Below the pieces are notes generated by a model. The model did not search any database and was not told the origin of the DNA. It saw only the letters and a program-made list of their open reading frames with translations. Of a DNA stretch of 64,000 bases, positions 23,330-35,592 are shown in pieces; the stretch's first letter is position 1, and each line of letters begins with the position of its first letter. Source of the DNA: Takakia lepidozioides (lineage: Eukaryota > Plantae > Bryophyta); the NCBI GenBank assembly GCA_030704615.1, contig CM060733.1, positions 59,582,001 through 59,646,000 on the forward strand, written 5' to 3'. The position numbers and the translations under genes were made by a program.

Positions 23330-26300
23330 ATGTCGAGGGAGCGAGATGCACTCGCTCGATTCCATTCCAATGCAGGTACTCTTCCACTGACTGCCACTGC
23401 AGACGACGATGGGTATGCAGTTGTTCATGAGGATGAGCTGGTTACAGTGTTCCCGCTGGAGTTGGGTTCTCTGCTTGTTCAGAAAGAGGTGTATGACGAG
23501 GATGGGAATTTGGATTCTGGGCACTTGGAGAAACCCTTGGTTGGCGAGTGTGGAAGGAAGTGGAGAGTCCTTCCAGGAACATACCGTGTCCTTGGAAAAG
23601 AGAGAAGACAATCAGCAGGATCAGTCGTTACCCCTGGCACTGCAGCATCGGTCGTGCAACAGAAGGGCACAGTTCCTGTGAAACAAGAGGTGAGCACATC
23701 CACTACCTTCGTTACTCTTTCGGACTCGTCCTCGGAGGATGTTTCTGAGATTCCTCCGCCAGTGCAAACTCCCTTATTGGATGATGACGAATTGCGCGAG
23801 ATAACAAGTGTCATTCCAAAATTGAAAGCCCTCGCAGGTGTGCCTGGGTGCAAGAGCGAGCTACGTTTTGTTGATTGGGAGTCCCCTCCAGTGCAACGTG
23901 TTCAATACGTGCCAGCTCAGTTTGATGGGGACATTGTTTGAGCTCAACCCCCACGTCTTCCAGTGGACTGGCTGGGCTTCTGCAGGGCATGGACAAGAAA
24001 CATGACGGACATCCTTGGTGCAGGACAAAAACTTCGAACATCCATAACGACATTGGCTTGAAATTTCGGAGGTCGGTTTGCGTTGGGCATTGCAAGTGCC
24101 TGAATATTTCTTGCCCTCGGCTGAGAAACAGCGCTCAGCCAAACGAAAGTGAGTGGGAAGGTGTGCCCCTGAATCCTTTCACCCCAGGGCTTGCACCTCC
24201 CAATACCAATACTTTTGTGTGCAGGTTCTGCAAACTTTCCCCGTCCTGTGTTTCTGTTTGCCACGCTCGTATGTATCAGGTGGCACATCGATGCAAGACA
24301 ATGACTCGTGCCTGCATTCATATGGGTGCACACGAGCATCCTGTGTCCAAAGGGAGTTGCAGGGATAGCGTGGACATCGCTAGAAATCTACTGAAGCAAG
24401 AGTTCCATAATGCCCCTTCTGCAACACCTTCTGCTATAGCGCTTGCAGCTAGCAAGGCATTCCTGGAAAAACACATACTGGGTGAAGGGGATTCGACACA
24501 GCCAATGCTGGATGCAGATTCCCTTGAGGCAGTCATGGACCATTTCTCCGTGTTGAGCTCTCCCAATATTCGAAACCAGGTGAATGCACTCAGAATGGGC
24601 ACAGGCACTGCTGGATTCATGGACAACATTATGGACCTCAAACGGAGGAGTCGCTATGAATTCATTCAAAACAGTATGTTCCCTGGCCAGGGCTCGTCCA
24701 AAGTGTATTTGTTCAAGATGTCCGCTGTGGGCCAAGGCAGTGGGTGAGCATTGTCCGCCGAATGCAACCTGGAGGAGATTTGGCTAAATGTTGGTTAATG
24801 TTTGTTTCACTAAACGCGTATGATCCAGCGTACCAGCGTGTGCTCTCCATAGCAATTTGTGATATGCAGTCGGAGGACACTGAATCCCAGATGCTCATGT
24901 GGAAGTCCCTCCGTCATGCAGCGCAATGGAATACAGAACACAAACTTTGCGGGCTTCATGGCTGATAGTGCACAGGCAAATTTCAATGCAGTGCGGCGCG
25001 TGTTTGGTTCTGGGGATCCTAAGGTCCCCATGGAAAATAGGGAGCGCACATGCCTCTTCCATTGGAGTCAATCTCTGGCACGTCATACAAAGCGCTGCTG
25101 CCCTGACCTTCAGTTGGAGCATAGAAGGCTCTGTCTGAAGTACAAGAATGCCACCTCAATGGGAGAAGCAGAGAGCACTTACCAGGCAATCCGGGCTTGG
25201 TGGTTCTCCGCTGGTGCTGCTACAGGTATCCACCTGAAGGAGTTGGAGGACTGGTTGGTTTTCTGGCACTTCAGGTACAGACAGTGGGGAGCTTTCATGA
25301 CGACGGTAAGCCTCACAAGTTTTCCTTAAACACAAATTGCACTTTGCATCGTGCCTGTTCATTTGGGGTTGTTCGATTGTCACTTGAATAACCTCTACCA
25401 TTTCTTTTCCTTCCTCACATTTCCATGCAATGCCTCCTGCAGGACATGTCCTTGGAGGACTTGGCCGACATGCCATCGTGTAATTTGGCAGAGACTGTTC
25501 ACAACGCCTGGATGCAACAGTCTACCAAAGCAGGTCGTGACTTGTATGTGGCCACTGCTGATGACATGGTGCGGGCACTTACACAACAAACCAGGTACCG
25601 CAATTTTCTGATGGACGGGGTGGAGGGAAGGGCCCCGATTCGACTTTGTTGATGCTAAGGGCTGCGAGTAGGTCCGGAGACCCGTCAAAGATGGCCAGAG
25701 CTCTAAACAGGTGCACTGAAGGTTCCCCTCTGCAATCCAGGCTCCCCCATTTGGAAGGCGAGGAAAGATTTGGATCATGCAAAAGGAAATTAAACACTCT
25801 TCCAGGGTCAGATGGAGATTCCCATAGGCCAGACAGGGTCAATTTCTCTGTGCCAAAGGTGTCTCCAGTGCAGACTAAGTCCTGTGCCGGCCCCTTCCCA
25901 GGTGGGTCCTCCTCCTGTGGAGCAGGTGCGGAACATGCAAGCATAGCAGCGGAAATCCCATTGGAGGAGGTGGTGGCCATGGTGCAGGAATCTGATTGCA
26001 TTGATAGTGACTGGCATATAGAACGCACCCCACCAGGATCTAGAGTGGCTTGCATGGCAATTCGGACCCCCTCTTTCAAGAAATGCAAATCAAAAATATG
26101 CAAAGGCTCCAGGGGGACTCCAGCTCCAACATTCACAGGGTTGTTCCGACCTTATCATAGTGGGGAGTCAAAAGAGCACAAGTTTTGGTTCTGCCCAGAC
26201 GATATGGCACGATGCGTGAAGGGAACAGTTCGTCCTTCCGTGATAATGAAGCCCCCTCCCCCGCAATTTGGCCTGTGCAAATTGGGACATCGCTGTCCTC

Positions 26301-26850
26301 AACCGAGATAAGCATGCTGGAGGAGGGAGGGTTTTGTCTTGCACGGTCCCGGGTGGTGCCCTTATGCACTGTCGGCACAGATGTGCCACATGCTCCGACA
26401 ATGCCTCCACCCGGTGCCAACTCCCACCCAACAAAAAGAGATGGAAAAACAGTGCGCCGTGTTGCTTCGGGTGCAGATCACGAATGCAAGATGGAATCGG
26501 CTAGAATTTTGCAGGCTACGGTGGCTCATCACCGAAGTCCCTTCCCCGGGGTATGGACGGATTTACACAGTGCTGTCAATTGGCTCAGTTCTTCATGCCA
26601 AAGAATATCAAGTTACCATTGGGAATTTCCCATCGTGCACTTGTCCGGATTTGTAACGATGCGTGAGGGCGCTCTCGGCATGAGAGGGAAGTGGGTCCCC
26701 TGCAAGCATCAATATTACATATACCTTGTAATTATGTGTTGCGACGGTAAGAGAGACCAATTCATTCACCAAGCCACACTAGGCTACGGAGAAGTCATCA
26801 CCCTTCTGCAGCGGGACACCTCGCGTAGAGCTCCGCCAACTTCTCTTTGA
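23330..26850 (+). pseudogene. MULE transposase with GCM-like DNA-binding domain, DDE core and SWIM finger (frameshifted; intron 25306-25442)
   Basis: HPWCRTKTSNIHN..RRSVCVGHCKC..CRFC..GAHEHP (GCM-like); GFMADSAQAN, ERTCLFHW (CxxH), CNLAETVHNAW; CTCPD..CKH SWIM near 26635-26710; GT at 25306 and AG at 25442 join MTT|DMSLEDL. Confidence 0.85.
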
Positions 26851-27278
26851 ACACATACGAGCCATGCCCGCTTCCCATGCTGGTTTCCAGGTTGCCGTGT
26901 GTGAAGACTTTTCATTTTATGACAAACATATACATTTCGTTCACTTGTGGGCAAATGCACTTGCGATTCATTGTAAGCGTCTCTCTGTGAATTGAAATAA
27001 ACTGTGTCAATCATTCTGAGCTCAAATCTGACATGTTTACATATTCCTCTTTTTTGGCACGCATTGCAGACATGGTGCATGGTGGCCTCCTTTGTTTTGT
27101 CCACGGTAATAGGCCCTCTTCCTGCAATCCTCGCCTATAGGACCTGCTTCTCCAGCAGATTCATGCCGCTCACGCTTCCCTGAAGCGTGAGCTCAGCTCA
27201 CGCTTCAAAGCTTGAACGTGAGCTCAGCTCCCAGGCTCACGGGGCTGGGCTCACGCCGTAGCTACGCTGGTGCTGGTG

Positions 27279-27890
27279 CGGTAGTGGCTTGGGTGGACGT
27301 CGTAGCTACTGTACCACCAGTCCACTAGTTCCACTGCTACTTGCTGAAGCTGCCGGTGCAGCGGCAGGTGTAGCCACTGCCCTCGTGCTCTAGTGCCCCT
27401 AGTGATGGAGACATAGTCGGGTGACCAGTATATCCTCCACTCCTCGATCTCAACCTCATGCCCCCGCCTGAACTCATGGTAATCATCCAAAGGCGGCCCC
27501 TCAAGGTGCTGAAACAGCCCTTTCCATGCCATGAACGGCGTAAATAGTTGTGGATTGCGCATTTGCTGCAAATCACACCAACTATCAAACTCTTGGATAA
27601 AATCATCCAACTCGATGGTGCCCACCACCCCAGAGTACCTTCATGGCCCCTTGGTAGCTCCATACATCTCCTCCATTGTGTCCCACAACAATGGCAAAGA
27701 AACAACTTGCACCGCCGGTATGAGTCCTCCTGATTCACAATCCGAATCAGAACCTTCCGTGGAAGACACAGGAGGTGAAGGTGGCCTAAACCGCACACCT
27801 CGTCTCGTGTACCCACTAGTATCGCTAGTGCTCGAACTGGCACTATCCCCAGCAACTAGTGGCACCTCCGTGTTGACACTCAACCGGTCA
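27279..27890 (-). pseudogene. duplicate of the gag N-terminal region
   Basis: Near-identical to 13551-14160. Confidence 0.9.
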
Positions 27891-28554
27891 TGAACATGTC
27901 CCTAACCCCCTCTCCACAAGGTAACCGGGTAGAGAACCTGTTGCGGCTTATGGTTTGGAATACTAAGTTCCTAACATAGCCTACACCTGTACCTGCATCC
28001 ACCGCAAGCACTCCTATGGTTGGCTGGTCATCACCTCCAACCTCACCACAGGAGAAACAATGATGGTCTGGCTGGTCATCACCCCAGCCTCACCATCGAC
28101 AGCATGCTCTAGGACTGGCCGGTGATCAAATCGGACCAATCACCTATAAAAACAAGCGCCCACACAAAACTAGCATGGCGCACAATCAAGCATGCAGGTA
28201 TGGAGGGGATCCAAACACAAGAAATCAGAACGACAACTCCCCCACACCAAAAAACAACTCCACGGTGTTGCTCCTGCAAGGACACCCAGCCCAAACCCGG
28301 ACTGACTCTTGTCTCCACCTACGGAAAGGTCTTGGCCTAATGAGAGGGTGGAAACTACGAGGAAGAGAAGCTAAAGCAATGCCAAACCCCAGCATGCCCT
28401 CATCCCAACACTCTTCCTCTCCTCTCTTCCCTCACTTGCATGACCATGGGAATATCATGAAGATACTCCTCAAACCGCCCTCCACGAGCTTCAAAATTCG
28501 GCCTTCCAGACCACATGCCAGTCCTTAGGCAGTCCACCAGTGCCTCCACGAGTC

Positions 28555-29125
28555 AGCACAGGCCGTCCACAGGTCAACACGGGCCACCACAGACCAGCAC
28601 AGGCCCACACAGCTCACTGGTCGCAGCCGTCACAGTCCCACAGGCCACTGGGCACAGCCTGTCACAGCCCCTCACAGCCCCAAAGGCCTCAGGCACGACT
28701 TGTCACAACCCCTCACAGCCCCAAAGCCACGGGCACAGTCTGTCACAGCCCCTCACAGCCGTCACAGCCCCACAGGCCACTGGGCACAGCCCCGCACAGC
28801 CCGTCACAGCCCACAGGCCACTGGGCACAGCCTGTCACAGCCCCGCACAGCCCGTCATAGCTCGCCACAGCCTGTCACAGCCCGTCACACAGGCCACTGG
28901 CACAGCCCGTCACAGGCCACTGGGCACAGCCTGTCACAGCCCCTCACAGCCCCAAAGGCCACGGGCACAGCCTATCACAGCCTCACACAGCCCGTCACAG
29001 CCCCACAGGCCACTGGGCACGGCCTGTCACAGCCCGTCACAGCCCGTCACAGCCCCAAAGGCCTCAGGCACGGCCTGTCACAGCCCCTCACAGCCTCAGG
29101 CACAGCCCGTCACAGCCCCATCCAT
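28555..29125. repeat. (TG)TCACAGCCC / CACAGGCCACTGGG minisatellite in the retroelement leader
   Basis: Degenerate ~10-11-bp CACAGCC units. The homologous array at 56575-57685 is about twice as long. Confidence 0.92.
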
Positions 29126-30595
29126 GGCCGCTCTGGCAGTTTAGCCATTTCTCCAAGAGGTTTAGCCACGCCAAGCTAGGGTTTGTGTCTCTTGGAGTCT
29201 AGGCTTCTTTCCACCGAGCTATGGCGGTTGTGAGGAAATCAGCAAGGTATTCTTGCTCTTTCGGCCCACACACCACCCTAGTAGCCCTAAGCCATGAGGT
29301 GGTTGCCACAAACCAAGCCTTCTTTATCACTTAGCCTCCCCAAACACGCCACTAAACTCATTGGCAAACAACCAAGCCCTGCTGGTTCCCAGCCCTTGTG
29401 AGCACTCATTCAAGCACTCTCCTTGGCCATAGCATCTGTCTTAGAGCCTATTCCAGCCCCCTACACCTGCTGCTTCAAGAGTTGCGCTCCCTTCAAGCTT
29501 GAAGTTGAAACCCCAACTCACATAGGCCCTACAAGTGCTTTTCTTTCACTCCAAGTGGAAACCAGCCCTAGACCTTCCGTTCTAGCTCTCTAAAGCTTGA
29601 AAAAAGAGCCTCAATGGGCTGAAGGCATGCTCCACACATGCCCCACTCTCACCATAAGAGAATCAGCTCTTTTGCTTCATTTCTTGCACCCACAAACCTG
29701 AAAATACAAGCTTCAGCAGGCTGAAAGCATGCTCCACATGCCCTACAGGGAAACCAGCCCCTTCCTTCCTTTCTTGCACCCACCTGAAAGTGCAAGCCTT
29801 CACCAGGCTGATAGCATGCTCCACACATGCATTGCCCTCACATAAGGGAAGTCAGCCCTTCCCTCTTCCTTGCTTGCCCTCCAAGCTTGAAGATGGAAGC
29901 TTCAATGAGCTGAATACATGCTCCACATATGCAACCTCTTCACACAAGAGATATCAGCCCCCTATCTTGGCTCCTTGGCTCCTTGATGCTCTCTAAGACA
30001 AGACTAAGCACTCCACAGCCTTTGCCAAGCTCCTGAAACCCTAAGGCTTACATTTCCAGCCACAAGACACTTCTCTTGTGGTGCAAGAGCTATTCTTCCA
30101 AGCTCTGAAACCCTAGGTGCACATTCCATGGCCTTGCCGCACCTCTTAGCTCCTGTTCCAGCCCTGCTCTTGCCATGACAAGAGCCCTCTCAATGCTGAA
30201 AATTGAAACCCAATCTCACCATACTCCACAAAGTGCACTGATTTGCCCCAAGCCAAATCAGCCCTTTCGCTTGGTCTTGCAATTCTTCACACAATGAAAG
30301 CTCGCATTCCCAAATCCAGTTCTCAGCTTTGCCACCAAAGCCACTATAACCTGCTCTTGACTGGTCCTCTTCCCAATCGTGCTTGCTCATGCATGTACAC
30401 AATCTGAAACCATCAAGGTGCTCTGGAATTACCTGCAGCATGGTGCTTTCATCTCTGAAGCTGAAGATCGAATGCCAAGGTCTACCACCTCGTAACCCAC
30501 ATCACCTCCGCTTCTAACAACCAAGAGCTCCACGGTGCTCCTTGCATAACAACTTGGTTCTACAACTAACTCGTATCTGGCACTCACAGATACGA

Positions 30596-30611
30596 GCTGA
30601 TCTTTCTCGAG
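30596..30611 (-). promoter_or_regulatory. non-tRNA primer-binding-site position, complementary to LTR-internal 30767-30782
   Basis: Plus strand GCTGATCTTTCTCGAG abuts B and is the reverse complement (15/16) of CTCGAGAAAGATGAGC inside B. No TGG..tRNA match is present. Same arrangement at 63225-63240. Confidence 0.65.
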
Positions 30612-30928
30612 TGATAAAGAAGAGGAATACAAGCACGAGTTCACAAATCTGAAGCATAAACTCATGCATATATAACCTCATCACTCAAATACAAGTCAAA
30701 CCAAGTGCACCCCACGCCATGGGGAATCCACACTACGGCGCCATAGCTAGGCGCGGTGAGGCTCAACTCGAGAAAGATGAGCCTCCCGCACTTGCCGTGA
30801 AGATAACCACTCCAGGGCCTAAATCTGCCTTGACCCCTGGATTGACACTTGGGCCAATCCCAAATGTCAATATGTAAAAACTAGCTATTTCCTAGCTAGT
30901 TTCACACTAGTGGCAAAATAACTTGACA
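30612..30928. repeat. terminal repeat segment B (copy 1, 5' terminus of the element)
   Basis: Matches 6126-6441, ends TTGACA, followed by TSD ATGA. Confidence 0.95.
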
Positions 30929-33900
30929 ATGACCTTGTCAGTCAAAAGAGAGAAATTTTTTCAGGCGAGGTAGCAGATCTGAGACCCGATGCCCTCTTGT
31001 TGATCCCAAATTCCTTGCAGCTTTTGATGAAATGTATCCCTGCAGTCTAGCTAATATTGCAGAGCCCCTCTGTAGGATTCCTAGGCACCCGCAAGGGCCT
31101 GATATCCAATTTTTTTTGCCTGAATTGCGTTCACACCAACACACTAGTGAACCAGTAGGAGGTTCAAAAATGACACCTTGAGTCTTGAGAACTTGGACAT
31201 GTGTATAACTTCAAATAATATGGAAAACCAAAATGTTAATACGAAGAGGCAGATAAAATATGCTAAAGACAAATATATGATGAACGCCAGAAAAAAATGC
31301 ATGAAATAAAAAATAACCAAATTTTTTGAAACCGTGGCATTAGATCAAAATCCAAACAATTTGAAATCTAAACTAAGCAAAAATAAAGATGAAAAAGATA
31401 TCATATAAACAACATTTATAAAAAAATCTATTTGTTGTATCAAGAGTCATTACACGGGTCAAATTAATATCAAATGAAACAATGGGCTCCCAGCTTGCTT
31501 TCGCAAAACATAAGAGGAAGGGAAAACTAGGGAGCATGATTCAGCACACCACAACAATCAGAGGCTTGACACGCTGTAAGGTCATTTGACCACATTTTCT
31601 CCGTTGATTTTAACATGATGCATAGTCTCTCTCTGCAATACTGCCAATAAATGGTCACCTGTCCATAAAACTTGAATGTAGCCCATCTCTTTAGAGGTTG
31701 TTCTCAGAATTCGTCGCTAGTAGTGCGGAGCAACACGAAGCCCTAGTAATTCTAGCGACGACAGAAGGTCGGAAGCTAGTTTAGCGTAGAGCAGGAATAG
31801 GGTGCCAAAGTGCCACGTCATCGTCGCCACGTTTCGTCATCAAAATTCTGTCGAGTCTGCCTGAATTGCCCGCCCGAAATATGCCAATAGAAATCGCCGC
31901 ACCAACTTATTCGGAACTGCCCGCAATGCCCGGATCTTGATCTTTGAACTGCAGGAGCTCTCGTTTTCCGCCATCATTCACCTTGCAAGCTGCACAACAT
32001 TTGCCACTGGATTTGTATTGATAGGAGAAGCCAAGAAGAGCAGCAATCCAAAGCAACTGCAAGTCGCCATCGCTGTCGTCGTCCAAATCTAGAAATCCCT
32101 CAAAGTTTTGAAGAGCGTCAGAATGACCCGTTGGAAACCCTTTTGTGGACTTCGCGCAGGGTCCTTTGGGACTCCTCTAAAAACTGCCTGCTTTGTGTTT
32201 GTGAAGTCAAGCAAAGCTGAGATGTGGAAAGGATATGAAAGAGATGAGACCTTGCTCGTCTTGCTTCCCGCCCCGTGTCCGCTCTCTCTCACAGGCACAG
32301 GAATGGCAGGGTGCCGGCGTTCTCCTGTGTGGGCTCCAGGGAGACTTCAAAATCATGACGTTGTCTTCTCCTTGCACTGAACGGGCGGGCGGCCTCACAT
32401 CATACAGGAATTTCACGGGCTTTTTGCAGCTGAAATCGGCAGCCAGCTTTGCTATGCGGAGCACAAGGCGCTTACAAGTGATGGCTGTGACGCCTGCCCA
32501 GTCTGCAGGAAAACCGGAAAATGGTATAACCTGGAACTCTCTGCATACTTTTTGGGTTCTCTACCCTGTTTTGCGGGGAAATGACCAGCGATTTTGTTCT
32601 CAGGTTGTTATGGAAGGGCTTGTGCACAGCCCACGGTATTCTGCTACAAGTTTGAAGAAGTGCAAGCATTTTGAGTTCAGAAAGGTTACCTAGTATGTGA
32701 AAGACATCGTTGAGGTCCTTCTAGTGTAGTGCATATCACAATTGCTAATGAAGACGAATTAGAGGAAAAGAGAGATGCACTCAATAGGAACGTTGGTTGA
32801 GGGCATAGTCCCCCAGATATGGCAGCCAGCTGTGGGGATTTCTACCCACCAGTTAGATACTCACCCTAAAGCCATAGCGCCTGCATGCAGTCAGAGGACA
32901 ATCCACCTACATGGAGCTGAGGGTTGGCGGAATGGCTGGTATAGACCCTCATGCTACAAACCTCAATGTCAACTTCTACAATGCTGCTCTAGCTCCCAAT
33001 CCAACAATGTGACACATGCGGCTTTGAGGGCACAGTCTGTCACATTGCTTCAGAAAGAGGAGAGGAGAGGCTGTGCTTTATGAGATTTATTCTGGTGTGC
33101 CTGCCCCTTTGGAAAAGAGGTGAAAAAGAGGGAAGAGAATGGAGCTTCTATGGAAAACATTCAGCTTTGGCAGTAGTTCAAATCAAATCCTTCGCAGGGG
33201 TGGGACAACAGGTCTGGTGCTCAGCTGCACCGTGGTGGTTCTCACCGACCAATCCGACATTACCTGACTACAGACACAAGCAGCATGCACAAGAGGGTCC
33301 ATTTGGGTTGATGGTCGGTCAAGTCCTCTATGGGTCATGACACAAGGTCAATGACAATGTGCCGTCGAGGGCACCTTCTTCTTCATCCTATTTCTGCCTG
33401 TTTTGCCCTCTCATCAGACTTGGCCCTGAGGTGCATATTGCATATTGATGCCAAAATGCTGAAATGAGATGTGGTCTCTTGGACTGCAATAATTGCAGGA
33501 TGTACTGAGCAAGGGCATGGTGAAGAGGCATTTGAACTCTTTGGGAAAATGCCACAAGAAGGTGTAGAGCCCGACGAGGTCACTCTCATTTGCATCCTCA
33601 AAAGGTGTGCCAGCCCGCAGCTCTAGGGCAGGGCAAGGGGCTTCATGCCCACATTGTCAAATCTGGATTTGAATCAGATATCTATGTAGGAAGTAGCCTT
33701 GTCCATATGTATGCCAAGTGTGGGAGTTTGGTGGATGTGCGAAAGGCGAGATGTCTAGGCGAGATGTAATTTCATGGTATGCTCATGCAAGAGGCATTCC
33801 AGCTCTTTCGGCAGATGCTCACCAAGTGTTCGATAGAATGCCTCAACGATCTTTGATCATGTGATAATGTTGGCAGGATTTACCAAGCATGGATGTGGTA

Positions 33901-35592
33901 GGAATGCTTTGGAGACCTATGAGCAAATGTTGCGGGAAGGGGTGAAGCCCAACCACATCACATTTGCTTATGTTTGCAATGCGTATGCAAGCCTGGGAGC
34001 TCTGGAAAAGGGGAAAGAGGTTGGTGACATCGTCAAAGCTGGAATGGTACCAGATGTCATTCTGAACACTGCCCTGGTGGATATGTATGCCAAATGTGGG
34101 TGCATTAAGGATGTGAAGGGAGTTTTCAACACTATGGCTGAACGAGATGTGGTGTCATGAAGACGATGCTTGCAGGGTATGCACAGCAAGGACGTGGTAT
34201 GAAGGCTTTGGAGACCTATGATCAAATGATCGGGGAAGGGGTGAAGCCCGACCACATCACATTTGTGTCCATTTGTGATGCGTGTGCAAGGCTGGCAGCT
34301 CTGGAAAAAGACGAAGAGGTCCATGGCGACATTGTCAGAGCTGCGATTGTACCTAGTGTCATTCTGAACAATACCCTTGTGGACATGTACGAAGGGCGCG
34401 GGATGGAGGCTTCGGAGACCTATGAGCAAATGATGGGGAAGGGGTGAAGCCCGACCGCCTAATTTTGTTTGCATTTGCAATGCGTGTGCAAGCCTGGCAA
34501 CTCTGGAAAAGTGCAAGGTGGTCCATAGTGACATCGTCACATCTGGAATTGTACCCAATGTCATTCTGAACACTACCCTGCTGGACATGTATGTCAAATG
34601 TTAGTGCATCGAGGATGCAAAGGGAGTTTTCGTGGCTGAACGAGATGTGGTGTCGTGGAGGGCGATGATTGCAGAATATGCATAGCAAGGGTGCGGGATA
34701 GAGGCTTCAAGACCTATGAACAATTGATGTGCGAGGGGGTGAAGCCCAACCGCATAACGTTTTTTGCATTTGCAGTGCGAGTGCAAGCCTGACAGCCCTG
34801 GAAAGGTGCAATGAGGTCCATGGTGACATCGTCAAAGCTGGATTTGTACCAGATGTCATCCTGAACACAGCCCTGCTGGACATGTATGTCAAATGTGAGT
34901 GCATCGAGGATGCAAAGGGAGTTTTCGACAGTATGGCTGAAAGAAATGTGGTGTCGTGGAGGGCGATGATTGCAGGATATGCACAGCAAAGGGCGGGATG
35001 GAGGCTTCGGAGACCTATGAGCAAATGGTGGGGGAAGGGGGGAAGCCCCAACCGCATAACGTTTGTTTGCATTTGCAATGCGTGTGCAAGCCTGACAGCT
35101 CTGGAAATGTGCAAAGTGGTCCATGGTGACATCGTCACATCTGGAATTGTACCCAATGTCATTTTGAACACTGCCCTGCTGGACATGTATGTCAAATATG
35201 AGTGCAGCGAGGATGCAAAGGGAGTTTTTGACAATATGGCTGAATGAGATGTGTGGCGTCGTGGAGGGCGATGATTGCAGAATATGCATAGCAAGGGCGC
35301 GGGATGGAGGCTTCGAGACCTATGAGCAATTGATGTGCGAAGGGGTGAAGCCCAACCGCATAATGTTTTTGTTTGCATTTGCAAGACTGGCAGCTTTGGA
35401 AAGGTGCAATGAGGTCCATGCAGGTGACATCGTCAAAGCTGGATTTGTACCAGATGTCATCCTGAACACTGCCCTGCTGGACATGTATGTCAAATGTGAG
35501 TGCATCGAGGATGCAAAGGGAGTGTTTGACAGTATGGCTGAAAGAAAAGAAATGTGGTGTCGTGGAGTGCGATGATTGCAGGATATGCACAG

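Larger units (their letters stand above)
15421..27269. mobile_element. Mutator-like (MULE) DNA transposon 1, ~11.8 kb
   Basis: 9-bp TSD GTGCTGGTG (15412-15420, 27270-27278) interrupting gag. About 43-bp ungapped imperfect TIR built on CGTGAGC motifs. Encodes a transposase. Confidence 0.9.
5949..30928 (-). mobile_element. Ty3/gypsy retrotransposon copy 1 with split/permuted LTRs, DNMT and PHD; contains an internal duplication and a nested MULE
   Basis: Starts TGTC at 5949 and ends GACA at 30928. 4-bp TSD ATGA at 5945-5948 and 30929-30932. Gag-PR-RT-RH-INT order on the - strand. Confidence 0.93.

Noticed and set aside
28515-29179. Long Ser/Pro/His/Thr-rich ORFs (also 56496-57697)
   Set aside because: Stop-free translations of the CACAGCC minisatellite, open in several frames.
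5949-30928. DIRS/Ngaro/PAT tyrosine-recombinase retroelement (split repeats plus methyltransferase)
   Set aside because: It encodes an aspartic protease and a DDE integrase in gypsy order, has TG..CA ends and a 4-bp TSD. No recombinase motif was seen, and the MTase is C5 type.
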